Program-made: the position numbers and the translations under genes
From: SAR324 cluster bacterium
GTDB taxonomy: Bacteria > SAR324 > NAC60-12
Assembly: GCA_015231825.1 (NCBI GenBank)
Contig: JADGAV010000008.1
Coordinates: 78,515-142,514 of the forward strand
Reading direction: 5' to 3'
Length of the DNA: 64,000 nucleotides
Part shown: in pieces, positions 10,271 to 20,481 of the stretch
How the letters are laid out: every line of letters starts with the position of its first letter
Position numbering within the stretch: the stretch's first letter is position 1
The notes under the pieces: model-generated
What the model was told of the DNA's origin: nothing
Databases searched by the model: none
Seen by the model: only the letters and a program-made list of their open reading frames with translations

Positions 10271-11907
10271 GGCAGCGTTTTGATTTCGGAAAGACGAGGA
10301 GGAATTTCTATTGGAGATTTTTCGTTTTCTTGTGTGAGTTCTTCTTTTAACAGCAAAATCTGTTGGCGAAGAACTTCATCTTCTCCCATTTTCTGCTTAA
10401 TTTGCTTTATTGAATTGTGGATTGCCGAATGTGTTCTATTGCCAAAAAGAGTCCCTATTTCCTTGAGAGACATATCTGTCAGCTCTTTCAGGAGATAGAT
10501 GCTCATTTGACGTGCACGTGCAATTCTGTATGACCTGCCTGTTGATTTAAGATCAGATCGAGAAACCTGGGACATCGAGCAGATTTTTTGAAAAATTCTT
10601 TCAATTTGACTGGCGGGAACAAAATCGTAAGATGATTCTTTAGAATGAGGCGGGGTCTCTAAAAGATCGGCAAGGGTCGATTGAGCAAAATCCAAGGTGA
10701 TTTTTTGGCGAAGAAGTGATGCATGAGCACCAAGCCGAATCACAGCACCCTCCATTTTGCGGACATTAGAGAAGATATGCTGTCCGATAAAATGACAAAT
10801 TTCGGGAGGTAAGATCAAATGATCTCGTTTAGCAATACTTTGTAAGATTGACATTCGGGTTTCAAAGTCAGGAAGCTTGACATCAACCATCAATCCCGAT
10901 TCCAGCTGAGAACACAAAGCCGGACTCAAATCCTGAATATTCCTTGCCAACTGATTGCTGGTTACTACAATCTGTTTTTTACTTTTCTGCAAAGCTTCAA
11001 TGGTATGGCGCATTTCCTCCTGGCAGCCTTTAGTCCCCGAAAGAGATTGAATATCGTCCACCAAAAGCACATCCGCCTGACGGAAACGCTGCCGAAATCC
11101 ATTCATTTTCCGTTGCTGTATGTGAGTGACGAATTCGTTTAAAAAGGATTCTGCTGTAATACAAATCACATGAAAGTCAGGGTTCAGCTTTTGAAACGCC
11201 TGGCCGATGGCCTCCAACAAATGAGTTTTTCCCAATCCGTATTCACCATAGATGAAGAAAGGGCTGTACAATGAACCCGGTTCATGAATAATTCTACAGG
11301 CAGCCTCGTATGCAAGGCGGTTGTGATTGCCGACAACCAATGCATCCAGACTTTGTCTCGAATCAAAGAGGAGAGAATTTTCAGAAAAGCTTTCTGATTG
11401 GAAGGAAATTATTTTTCCAGAAGAATCATGGGACTGTGCTGTCTTTTTTCGAAAATTAGAAGAAGAGTGGTCTGGTGAATCATTTTCCGAGAATGTCTCT
11501 GGAGACTCCTCGAAAGAAAATTCTGTTTGTACAGGATTTTGAGAATCACGATGATAAGCACCGACACAATACTTAATCTTTTTTTTGCGAAACGAAGCAC
11601 ATTCCGGAAAGTATTTATTAAAAAGTTGTCGAAACAATTCATCGTAATTGCCGACAATATCATCACGAAACAAAGGATGTGTGATTCCGGCAATGATTAT
11701 ATTTTTGGCCGATACCTCGACTAGCTCCAGATGATCGAGCCAGCCTTCGTACTCATCGGGCTTTAACTCTTTTTTGATCTGCTCCTTAAATAATAACCAC
11801 CTATCGTGTAGATCCATCTTCATTCCTAAACCCAAATTCCATTTGGATTGAATAGTCTCAATTTGATAGGAAAAGTCCGTTTCTCCTGTAAAAAATTCCA
11901 CGTCCAT
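10267..11907 (-). CDS. dnaA: DnaA-family replication initiator homolog, divergent and probably a paralog
   Basis: Domain I (W..F...L...Y..W), long domain II, AAA+ (YGEYGLGKTHLL, LLVDDIQ, NVRKMEG) and domain IV (ARQMSIYL..SLKEIG..FG). Likely true start is ATG 11817, after AGGA. Confidence 0.9.
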   Translation of the reverse strand: MDVEFFTGETDFSYQIETIQSKWNLGLGMKMDLHDRWLLFKEQIKKELKPDEYEGWLDHLELVEVSAKNIIIAGITHPLFRDDIVGNYDELFRQLFNKYFPECASFRKKKIKYCVGAYHRDSQNPVQTEFSFEESPETFSENDSPDHSSSNFRKKTAQSHDSSGKIISFQSESFSENSLLFDSRQSLDALVVGNHNRLAYEAACRIIHEPGSLYSPFFIYGEYGLGKTHLLEAIGQAFQKLNPDFHVICITAESFLNEFVTHIQQRKMNGFRQRFRQADVLLVDDIQSLSGTKGCQEEMRHTIEALQKSKKQIVVTSNQLARNIQDLSPALCSQLESGLMVDVKLPDFETRMSILQSIAKRDHLILPPEICHFIGQHIFSNVRKMEGAVIRLGAHASLLRQKITLDFAQSTLADLLETPPHSKESSYDFVPASQIERIFQKICSMSQVSRSDLKSTGRSYRIARARQMSIYLLKELTDMSLKEIGTLFGNRTHSAIHNSIKQIKQKMGEDEVLRQQILLLKEELTQENEKSPIEIPPRLSEIKTLP

Positions 11908-12408
11908 GTGGAGAATCTTATGTCACATAAAATCCGGCTCTGACATGATTCAAATTTTTAAAAACAAATAATTTTCTGTGCCGATACCTCCCGAATTTTG
12001 GACGCACCTAACCATTGAGTATTGTATACATTAAAAAAAATCAGGAAGAAATTAAGAGATTTTCTGCACGAATAAATTTCTTTGATGGGTACTCCAAATG
12101 CCTTATTGAGATGACAACACAATAAGAGATCATGAATAGGAAAGCAATCAAAAAGATCGGTATAAAAATTAGGATATTAGCCGCAAACCCTTGATTAAAA
12201 TCCTAAAAAAAGATCAACAAAAAAATCATAATTTTAATTTTAAACATTTGATATTATTAATAAATATTTATCTAAATAAAAAGGATTTTTCGTCCAAAGA
12301 GCTGTCAATAAATTCATATAAAGCTTGATTATTTTGTCTCGAAAAACAAGCCTGCTCAACTGCTAAAAAGCAAAGGATTGATTTTCCTGACTATTGTACT
12401 TTATCCGA

Positions 12409-12437
12409 TTTACACAAATAAAATCTCGTGGTAAAAT
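12409..12437 (+). promoter_or_regulatory. Sigma70-type promoter for the AP2-domain gene
   Basis: TTTACA-17 nt-TAAAAT with an extended -10 TG; strong SD GGAGGAG before ATG 12496. Confidence 0.55.
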
Positions 12438-12495
12438 TAGCTCTCTCGAATTTCTGCTAATGAGCAGGATCAAAAAAAACTGAAGTGGAGGAGAC

Positions 12496-13077
12496 ATGCT
12501 GATTAAAAAAAGGAACGTGGCACAAAAAAAGAACAGTGCAGGGCGTCGAGCATCGAATCGATCCGCAAAAAAAATGCTAAAGGAGATTAAGACCGATCAG
12601 GAACCGAAACAAAAAGGAATCAGCCGGATTGATTCTAATGATACGCATGGCTGGTTTGTAAGAGTATATAATCAAACAATCACTTACTCTAAATTATTCA
12701 GTGATCTAAAATGTGGAGGAAGGGAAGTCGCGTTATCGAATGCAATTTCGTTTCGTGACGATTTAATCCAGGAAATCGGCAAAACCTATCCGGCACGACG
12801 AATTGTACGTCGGGACAAGCGCAATAAAACGGGAGTAATCGGAGTATGCAGAACAAGAAAAAAGAATCGGAACGGGACTTACAGTGAGTATTTTTCAGTC
12901 TCCTGGAGCCCTGAATTTGGTGTGCACAAATGCCGGATGTTTTCAGTCAACAAACATGGGGATGCAAAAGCATTTAAACTGGCCTGTGATTGGCGAAAAA
13001 AAATGGAAAAGAAAATACACGGCCAGACTTGGGTAAACAAACCACAAAAAACCCCAAAGTATAAAATCGCAAAATAA
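12496..13077 (+). CDS. Basic protein with two tandem AP2-like DNA-binding domains
   Basis: Repeat 1: KGISR..GWFVRV..SKLFS..GG..AL..AI.FRD. Repeat 2: TGVIGV..F.VSW..RMFSVNKHG..KAF.LAC.WR. Both fit the AP2/ApiAP2 pattern. Confidence 0.8.
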   Translation: MLIKKRNVAQKKNSAGRRASNRSAKKMLKEIKTDQEPKQKGISRIDSNDTHGWFVRVYNQTITYSKLFSDLKCGGREVALSNAISFRDDLIQEIGKTYPARRIVRRDKRNKTGVIGVCRTRKKNRNGTYSEYFSVSWSPEFGVHKCRMFSVNKHGDAKAFKLACDWRKKMEKKIHGQTWVNKPQKTPKYKIAK

Positions 13078-13096
13078 AAAGACCAATTAAAAGGCA

Positions 13097-13126
13097 ACGA
13101 GGAGAGCAAAGATACGGTCTCCTCGT
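13097..13126. terminator. Hairpin between the convergent AP2 gene and gyrA
   Basis: ACGAGGAGA / TCTCCTCGT 9-bp inverted repeat with a 12-nt loop. Confidence 0.5.
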
Positions 13127-13132
13127 ATAATG

Positions 13133-15688
13133 CTAATCTTCCGGCAAAGTCTCACTCCCCTCGTCATCCTCAGGAGGAGAGTCTGTATTGAGATCCTTTT
13201 GATCCTCAGAAGAGGATACTGCTGTGTCATTCAAAGAATCTGTTCCTTCTTCAACTTCAGCTTCCTCTTCAACAAAACGTGCGATGTCGATGACTTTTTC
13301 TTCAGGATCCAAAGTAAAAAGGCGCACGCCCTGAGTGATTCGACCAATGACAGGAATTTGATCCGTTTTAATTCTAATCATTTGCCCAAGTTTTGTGACC
13401 AGCAGGACCTGGAAGTTGTCGCCAATTTCCAATGCTCCGACAACCAATCCATTCCGTTCTGATGTTTTTATAGCGCGGACTCCCTGATTGCCTCGATTTT
13501 TGGAAAGGGGGTAATCGTCGGTGAGAGTTTTTTTGCCATAGCCGTTTTCAGTAACCGTCAGAATTGCCCCCGTGCCCTGCAGAACTTCCATCGTAACAAC
13601 ACGATCGTCCTCTTTCATGCGAATCCCTATCACCCCGCGGGCCTCCCGTCCCATCGCGCGAATTTGTTTTTCATGAAAACGTAAACTCATTCCCTGCTGC
13701 GTTGCAAAGAAAATCTGTTGGTCTCCGTCGGTTAACTGAACAGAGAATACGGTGTCGTTTTCGTCAAGTGTTATTGCGCGAATTCCATTGACTCGGACTT
13801 TACGAAATGCGTGCAGATTGGTCTTTTTGCAAATTCCATTTGCAGTGCACATTAAAACATATTTATCCTCTGAAAACTCGGGAACATTCAGATAGGCGCA
13901 CACTCTTTCATCCGGCCTTAAGGGAAGCAAATTGATCATTGCTTTACCTTTACTGGCAGGACCAGCCTGAGGCAGCTGATAGACTTTCATCGAAAATACC
14001 TGGCCAAATGTCGTAAAAATCAGCAGATGATCATGGGTGGAAGCGACAAACATTTTTTCGACAAAATCTTCATCTTTCATGCTCATCCCGATTCGCCCTT
14101 TACCGCCACGGCGCTGAAGTCGGTATTCGCTAACAGAACATCGTTTGATATAGCCGCTGCGGGAAATAGTCACAGCCATGTCTTCTCGAGTGATCAATTC
14201 TTCAATAGAAATTGAACTGTCCTCTTCAGAAATCTCGGTACGTCGGACATCTCCATATTTGTCTCTGATTTCAACACACTCTTCACGAATGATACCTAAA
14301 ATGAGTTTTTCGTCGGCAAGAATTTTCTTGTATTCTTCAATCTGTTTGAGCAAGTTTTCAAAATCGGTACGAATTTTATCCTGCTCCAGGCCGGTCAAAC
14401 GCTGCAGCCTCATATCCAAAATGGCTTGAGCCTGTTTTTCAGAAAGTTCGTATTTTTCTACAAGCTCCACCTTGGCCGCAGCTCCGTTTTCTGCCCTTCG
14501 AATCAATTCGATGACTGCATCCAGGTTGGCAAGCGCAATTGTCAATCCCTCCAGGATATGAGCTTTGGCTTCTGCCTGTTTCAAATCATACTGAATTCTC
14601 CGAGTCACCACCGATATTCGATGATCCAAAAACAGTCTCAGTGTCGTCATCATCGGAAGTACCTTCGGCTGCTGATCGACTATCGCAAGCATGATGATGC
14701 CAAATGAAGACTGCATTGCAGTGTGTTTAAAAAGGCTGCTCAATACCACTTCCGGGTTTTCATGTCGTTTGACCTGGATATAAATCCGCATACCTTTTCG
14801 ATCCGATTCATCACGCAAATCCGAGATTCCCTCGAGCTTTTTCTCACGGACAAGGGCAGCAATTTTTTCGATCATATTGGCTTTGTTCGTCATAAAAGGA
14901 AGTTCTGTCACAATAATCGAATCGGCACCTCCAGGTTCTTTCTCAAAATGAGTTTTCGCCCGAACAACAATGATGCCCCTTCCCGTTTGATAAGCACTGT
15001 AAATACCTGAACGCCCCATAATAATTCCACCGGTGGGGAAATCCGGGCCGTGAAGGTGTTCCATCAAATCGCCAAGCGTGGTATTTTCCTGATGATCAAT
15101 ATAGTGCAAGAGGGCATTCATCACTTCTGTGAGATTGTGTGGAGGAATGTTGCACGCCATTCCAACAGCAATTCCAGTGGAGCCATTGACCAGTAAATTT
15201 GGAATCTTGGTGGGTAAAACAACGGGTTCCTGCAATGATTCATCGTAGTTTGGCACAAAATCTACGGTATCTTTATCCAGGTCAGTCAGCATCTCATGAG
15301 TGATGCGCTGCATTCGTATTTCAGTGTATCGCATGGCCGCTGCTGAATCCCCATCTACAGAACCAAAATTTCCCTGTCCATCCACCAGCGGGTATCGCAT
15401 GGAAAATTCCTGAGTGAGGCGAACAATCGTATCATAGGCAGCAGCATCGCCATGGGGGTGGTATTTTCCGATTACGTCTCCAACAACCCGGGCAGATTTC
15501 CGATAGGCCTTGTTATAGTCATTGCCTTGTTCTGACATTGAAAACAAAGCGCGACGATGCACCGGCTTCAAACCATCCCGCACATCAGGCAGTGCCCGAC
15601 CGATGATGACACTCATTGCGTATTCCAGATACGAATCACGCATCTCTCTGGAAATATCGATTTCAATAATTTTTTCAGCCATAGTCAC
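13133..15688 (-). CDS. gyrA: DNA gyrase subunit A
   Basis: [23 protein letters not shown] and catalytic AAMRYTE. The GyrA-box QRRGGKG distinguishes it from ParC; beta-pinwheel CTD and acidic tail. Confidence 0.98.
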   Translation of the reverse strand: MTMAEKIIEIDISREMRDSYLEYAMSVIIGRALPDVRDGLKPVHRRALFSMSEQGNDYNKAYRKSARVVGDVIGKYHPHGDAAAYDTIVRLTQEFSMRYPLVDGQGNFGSVDGDSAAAMRYTEIRMQRITHEMLTDLDKDTVDFVPNYDESLQEPVVLPTKIPNLLVNGSTGIAVGMACNIPPHNLTEVMNALLHYIDHQENTTLGDLMEHLHGPDFPTGGIIMGRSGIYSAYQTGRGIIVVRAKTHFEKEPGGADSIIVTELPFMTNKANMIEKIAALVREKKLEGISDLRDESDRKGMRIYIQVKRHENPEVVLSSLFKHTAMQSSFGIIMLAIVDQQPKVLPMMTTLRLFLDHRISVVTRRIQYDLKQAEAKAHILEGLTIALANLDAVIELIRRAENGAAAKVELVEKYELSEKQAQAILDMRLQRLTGLEQDKIRTDFENLLKQIEEYKKILADEKLILGIIREECVEIRDKYGDVRRTEISEEDSSISIEELITREDMAVTISRSGYIKRCSVSEYRLQRRGGKGRIGMSMKDEDFVEKMFVASTHDHLLIFTTFGQVFSMKVYQLPQAGPASKGKAMINLLPLRPDERVCAYLNVPEFSEDKYVLMCTANGICKKTNLHAFRKVRVNGIRAITLDENDTVFSVQLTDGDQQIFFATQQGMSLRFHEKQIRAMGREARGVIGIRMKEDDRVVTMEVLQGTGAILTVTENGYGKKTLTDDYPLSKNRGNQGVRAIKTSERNGLVVGALEIGDNFQVLLVTKLGQMIRIKTDQIPVIGRITQGVRLFTLDPEEKVIDIARFVEEEAEVEEGTDSLNDTAVSSSEDQKDLNTDSPPEDDEGSETLPED

Positions 15689-15815
15689 TTTGCAGGTTGA
15701 GGTGAAACGGGTTGAGTATTGTTCCTACCAAACCCGGGATAGCAAATATCAGGTGGGGAAATCAGCGTCCTTGCACTTAAAATTGAGGCCGCAATCAAGT
15801 CCTTGAGGAGAATTA

Positions 15816-16802
15816 CTAGAGTTTTTTCACCTCATAAGCATGGTCACGTTTTTGCTGCACAGCCATTTTATTGATCACATCTCCCTGCTTAATCGAATTG
15901 ACAACTTCCAGCCCATTTGAAACTTTTCCGAAAACAGTATGTTTTCCATCCAGGTGTGGAGTTGGGCCATGTGTTATAAAAAACTGGCTCCCATTGGTGC
16001 GAGGACCTGAATTGGCCATGGAGAGAATCCCCGCATCGTCGTGTTTCCGATCAGAAAATTCATCGTCAAACTTGTAGCCGGGACCTCCCATGCCCGATCC
16101 TTCCGGACATCCTCCCTGAATCATAAAATCACCGATCACTCGATGAAAATTAAGTCCGTCATAAAATCCTTTTTCTATTAAGGAGATAAAGTTGGCAACT
16201 GTATTTGGAGCATCATCTTCATAAAGTTCCAGTTCGATGTTTCCTTTTTCGGTTTCAATAATCATTGTGGGTAAAGTATCATTTGCTACAATCATGGCTT
16301 TCTCTTTCTTTTTGTTCGGGGTTTTCTTTTTGCTTTCTGCCTTCTTTGCAGAGGCATTTTTCGTTTTTTTTGAACTTGTGCTCTTTTTGGGAGACTTTTT
16401 TTCTTTCTCAGTTTCTGATTCTTTTGCAGGCTTGGCTGATTCTTTCTCTATGTCAACATACTCTGCATCAACAACATCGTCCTGAACCGAACCTGAATCG
16501 GCAGTTTCAAGATCATTCAATTGATCGAGCCCGAGATCGCCAGGATTTCCGAAATCTGGAAGATTCCCCATTCCTAATGAAGAAAAATCAAAATTGGATG
16601 AACCACTTTCTGCATCAACCCATTTTCCGTTTTCAAAAAGGAGCAGTTTGGCAATCCCGCGAAACGTTGAATAAATTTTTAGATAGGAATCGTCGTCTTC
16701 TCCTTCGATCGTAATTTGAGAATCTGTTTCCTCCGTCAGTTTACCGGAATATTTCACATCCAGTGTTTTTGGAAATGTGATCAGTTTGCCTTCAATTTTC
16801 AT
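15816..16802 (-). CDS. Cyclophilin-type peptidyl-prolyl isomerase with an N-terminal extra domain and charged linker
   Basis: C-terminal [35 protein letters not shown]; ATG 16802 is preceded by AGGAG. Confidence 0.92.
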   Translation of the reverse strand: MKIEGKLITFPKTLDVKYSGKLTEETDSQITIEGEDDDSYLKIYSTFRGIAKLLLFENGKWVDAESGSSNFDFSSLGMGNLPDFGNPGDLGLDQLNDLETADSGSVQDDVVDAEYVDIEKESAKPAKESETEKEKKSPKKSTSSKKTKNASAKKAESKKKTPNKKKEKAMIVANDTLPTMIIETEKGNIELELYEDDAPNTVANFISLIEKGFYDGLNFHRVIGDFMIQGGCPEGSGMGGPGYKFDDEFSDRKHDDAGILSMANSGPRTNGSQFFITHGPTPHLDGKHTVFGKVSNGLEVVNSIKQGDVINKMAVQQKRDHAYEVKKL

Positions 16803-16910
16803 AATTCTCCTAAAATTTTTTACAAGATTAATAACTTCCAGCTGAGCAATGATGGAATTTTCCAATCAGGTACAATACGAGCGGAAACGATAAGTGTTTG
16901 CGGAATTTTT

Positions 16911-17174
16911 TTATGATCTTTCAGGAGTGAGTGTTTTTAATCGATCAACTGCATGAATAGGAGCATTAGGTCCTGACATGAATGGAGTGATTGCAGTGTA
17001 TACCATGCGCTGTTTATCAAGTAATCCTTTGCCCTCAAAGAGTTCTGAAATCACGACAATATCAAAATGATTCCCATTGCTGGAAACCTCTACCTGCGCA
17101 CCTGGAAGGGAGGATTGGATACTTGCTTTGACTTGCTCTTCAATGGATTGACCGGACCAGGAAGGTGAATTCAT
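16911..17174 (-). CDS. BolA/IbaG family protein
   Basis: HFDIVVISELFEGK..LDKQRMVY..IHA motif. Confidence 0.9.
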   Translation of the reverse strand: MNSPSWSGQSIEEQVKASIQSSLPGAQVEVSSNGNHFDIVVISELFEGKGLLDKQRMVYTAITPFMSGPNAPIHAVDRLKTLTPERS

Positions 17175-17204
17175 ATTTAATTTTTTGATGTGTAAAGAAA
17201 AAAA

Positions 17205-17573
17205 TTATTTCCAGGGAGCAGGCATTGCAGCCGGGCCTTCCGGAGGTTCAAACATGAAAGAAGTTTTGCAGCCACAGGAACTCTTGGCACTGGGATTATT
17301 GAACCTCAGTCCTCTATCCATCAGACCGTAACTCCAATCGATTTCTGTTCCATTCACATAAAGGTGACTTTTTTTATCTACCAGAACTTTCAGACCTTGC
17401 GATTCAAATTCGAGGTCAAATTTACGTTTTTTCGAGTCAAACTCAAACGTGTAGGTAAATCCAGAACATCCTCCTCCTTTAACGCCAACCCGAATGCTGA
17501 CTTCTTCCGGAAGATTTTGCTCATCCATAATTTTTTTAACTTCTTTTGCCGCTGCCTGTGTAAGAGTAATCAT
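17205..17573 (-). CDS. iscA: A-type Fe-S carrier (IscA/ErpA/HesB family)
   Basis: VKGGGCSG and NP.AKSSCGC..SF. Confidence 0.9.
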   Translation of the reverse strand: MITLTQAAAKEVKKIMDEQNLPEEVSIRVGVKGGGCSGFTYTFEFDSKKRKFDLEFESQGLKVLVDKKSHLYVNGTEIDWSYGLMDRGLRFNNPSAKSSCGCKTSFMFEPPEGPAAMPAPWK

Positions 17574-17624
17574 CGAAAACCTTACTGATTAACCGCTAAG
17601 AATCAAAGAATGTTAAGAAATATC

Positions 17625-17653
17625 AAATATCTATCTGCAGAAAATAGATATTT
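17625..17653. promoter_or_regulatory. Perfect 10-9-10 inverted repeat upstream of iscA-bolA; candidate operator
   Basis: AAATATCTAT-ctgcagaaa-ATAGATATTT. Confidence 0.4.
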
Positions 17654-17984
17654 ATTTTTAAAATTATAATCCCGTCAATATACCTGAAACGTTCATTATT
17701 GTCTATTAAATACTCATGAAAATGGGGAATCTCTTGCACGGTTTTTAAGAGGGTCTTCTGCAGAAGTTCTGAATTTCATTCAAGACAATTCAATTCTGCA
17801 AAACAAGTTTGATTTTCGATATAATATGTCATGACATTTTGCCCGGAATAATGAAAAATTGCAGAAACGGCCAAAAAGTTCAATTTTCTCTGCAAAGTCC
17901 GAATGATCTTCTTGACCAAATGCTTGAAGCATATTATCTCTTACATGATAAGAAACTAATGATTAACCTCAAATCGGAGCAATT

Positions 17985-18623
17985 GTGAAGTCTGCAGAAA
18001 AGATCAAATCACTCAGCATGGGTTCAATGCTGATATTTTTGCTTTCGCTATTGGTAGCATGTACAAGTGAGGTTCCCTCTCCCACTCAGTACTTTTTTCT
18101 AGAGACACCCTCTGCTCTGGAAACAGGAAAAAGCAATTCGAGCAAGCACCCTGTTTCGTTGCTGCTTAAAAAAGTTGATAGCGTTTCCCCCTTCAACACC
18201 ACAAATTTCGCTGTCAAGATTCGACCTTCAGAGGTGCGCTTTTACAATTATGCCAAATGGGTTTCACCTCCCCAGGATATGCTGAATCATTATTTTTTAA
18301 AATCCCTTGCCTTCAGCAAGCTGGCGGAAATTGCAGCGAGCCGCAGTGGAAAAGATGCCTATCATATTGAAATGGAAGTTCAGGAATTTGGGCAAACTCT
18401 GGAAAATAACCGACCCTATGGCAGCATCAGGATGTTTATTGGAATAAGGTATGCACAATCAAAAACACACGATTGGTACACTGTGTATCATGAGAAGGAA
18501 CTTGCAAAATCAGACCGACCTTATGACGTTGTGGTGGCTCTCAATCGGGCATTGACACAATTGAATCAAAAATTTCTAAAAGACCTTGATTCTTTTATTG
18601 CATCTCAACCGTCGGTACGTTAA
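17985..18623 (+). CDS. ABC-type transport auxiliary lipoprotein (PqiC-like)
   Basis: Lipobox LVAC; Y.Y.KW.SPP..M motif; C-terminal VV.ALNRAL helix. Confidence 0.75.
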   Translation: MKSAEKIKSLSMGSMLIFLLSLLVACTSEVPSPTQYFFLETPSALETGKSNSSKHPVSLLLKKVDSVSPFNTTNFAVKIRPSEVRFYNYAKWVSPPQDMLNHYFLKSLAFSKLAEIAASRSGKDAYHIEMEVQEFGQTLENNRPYGSIRMFIGIRYAQSKTHDWYTVYHEKELAKSDRPYDVVVALNRALTQLNQKFLKDLDSFIASQPSVR

Positions 18624-18686
18624 AGAAAATTTGAAAATCTTATTTCAAATTCTCTTTCAGGTATTCACACAAATTGAAAGGAAGAT

Positions 18687-19088
18687 ATGTCTAATCAATA
18701 TAGTGAGCTTATCACAGACTTTTTAGAAAATTGCGGCGAAGCAGAAAAGGCTTTTGTCAATGAAACAGAATGGTGGATCGTGAATGGTTCTGTTAAAGTG
18801 CAGGTTTTCTTAACCTCCCTGGACGAAGATGCGGAACTGATTGTCGCAGCAAACATACTCCACCTGGATAAAGATTCTCCTACCTTGAATAAATACATCC
18901 TGCAATTGAATGGCAGTTTTAAGCTCAAGGGAGCATCTTTTGGCATTCGCAATCAACAACTCATTTTGAGTTTTGTGCGACCTGTTGAAGGACTGGATCC
19001 TGAAGAATTGGAATGGATGATTGCCTGTATTGCGATTTTGGCCGACGAATATGATGACTTCCTGATTCACAAATTTCAAATGGAATAA
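18687..19088 (+). CDS. YbjN / CesT-like chaperone-fold protein
   Basis: Small acidic protein with W....GS..V.V, L.LN...GA.FG and ADEYDD.L patterns. Confidence 0.7.
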   Translation: MSNQYSELITDFLENCGEAEKAFVNETEWWIVNGSVKVQVFLTSLDEDAELIVAANILHLDKDSPTLNKYILQLNGSFKLKGASFGIRNQQLILSFVRPVEGLDPEELEWMIACIAILADEYDDFLIHKFQME

Positions 19089-19434
19089 ATTTTTAGAAGT
19101 GCGCATATTTATAGCTAATCTCGTCATTGACTCCCGATTGAAAATCGTGAGAGGAATTCCCGTTGTCTGTTCAATTTAAATCTTTGCGATCTGCACTTGA
19201 ATGGATTCAAAGCCCAAAGGACGTTCATTAAGAAGGCTGTTCTTTTCAGATGACTGGACGAGAGAAAACTGACCCCAAAAGGACTCATGCTTAAGCCAAG
19301 CTCATGAAATCTTTCCTCATTTTTCAAAAATGGCCCAAGAAATGTATTCCTTTTCATATCAATTGAACCGGAAGATTCATCAAAATATCATAAGAAATAA
19401 ATCCCAGTCATTCATACAGGTCATGTAAAACGCT

Positions 19435-20481
19435 ATGGAATGTTTTAATTTCCGCCACATTTTCAAATTTGGAATCTTGATCGCCATGTTTTTTGTGATC
19501 TGGGGATGTAGCGATCTGGTTAAAGAAGACGCATCAACTTCCGGCTGCGAAAGTGCCCTCAATGATCGAGATTACGACACGGCGCTTGAGAAATGCAGTG
19601 CAAGAAAAGACCGTGCCACTTCTTATATGGGAAAAGCAGGGTTTGATGTCATCAATCTGCTCAATTCTTCTTCAAAATCGACTACTGCGATTACCGATGT
19701 GACCATCACAGCTTTATTGGGAACCGAAAACGTCAGTTTTGTGACAGCACTCAATACATTGAATTTGACAACCGATGTTTATCCTGACGAGGCCGATCGT
19801 GAAAATGCCATTGAAACCGCAAAAGTTTATTTGGAGAGTGTGATTGATCTTTATGATGGTGTGACCAATCAAACGACCGAAGAATTGGTCCTGCAGACTT
19901 TTGGAACACTCTACGCCACAAATTTGGAACTGCTTTTATTGCTGGATGTCGGCATGGCGACTTCTCTCGACATCACTTCTGCAAGCTTTAGCACGGATCT
20001 GCTTGCTTCCGGCGGAAAAATTCTGATCACCGGAGACAGTTCCATTCCCTCAAGCAGTGTTGCCGTCTCGACCTATACTTTTGCAGACAGTACCTCTTCA
20101 GTTGACAACATTATGAAAAAACTGGACGGCCGAATCTGGGCAAATGAACAGAATTTGGCATTGATGATTGAATCCATCGGTTTGAGTGCTGCAACTCAAT
20201 TGATCCTGGGAACCAGCAGCAGTACAATTCAGCTTTATGGCAATTTGCCAAGTGTCTGCCGCAGTTTTTCTAATACAAAAACAAGCTCCGACCCTGCAGG
20301 AAAAGCAATATTGACTTTGCTCACCGATTTGACCAATGTGATTTCACAATTCAATTCTGCGTTTTCCGGTTCTTCTTCGGATACCACTTCTTCTATTTCC
20401 GAATTAGACGCTGCTGTTGCTACTTTTGAAACATCCATTGACTCCGCCTGCAAGCTTGTCGATAGTTTTTCATCAATTTAA
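19435..20481 (+). CDS. Ser/Thr-rich hypothetical lipoprotein
   Basis: Lipobox IWGC; N-terminal TPR-like segment (AL..RDYDTAL, YMGKAGFD). Confidence 0.75.
   Translation: MECFNFRHIFKFGILIAMFFVIWGCSDLVKEDASTSGCESALNDRDYDTALEKCSARKDRATSYMGKAGFDVINLLNSSSKSTTAITDVTITALLGTENVSFVTALNTLNLTTDVYPDEADRENAIETAKVYLESVIDLYDGVTNQTTEELVLQTFGTLYATNLELLLLLDVGMATSLDITSASFSTDLLASGGKILITGDSSIPSSSVAVSTYTFADSTSSVDNIMKKLDGRIWANEQNLALMIESIGLSAATQLILGTSSSTIQLYGNLPSVCRSFSNTKTSSDPAGKAILTLLTDLTNVISQFNSAFSGSSSDTTSSISELDAAVATFETSIDSACKLVDSFSSI

Noticed and set aside
19128-19160. CGATTGAAAATCG resembling a tRNA-Phe anticodon arm
   Set aside because: No acceptor stem, D-arm or TTCGA T-loop at the proper spacing.
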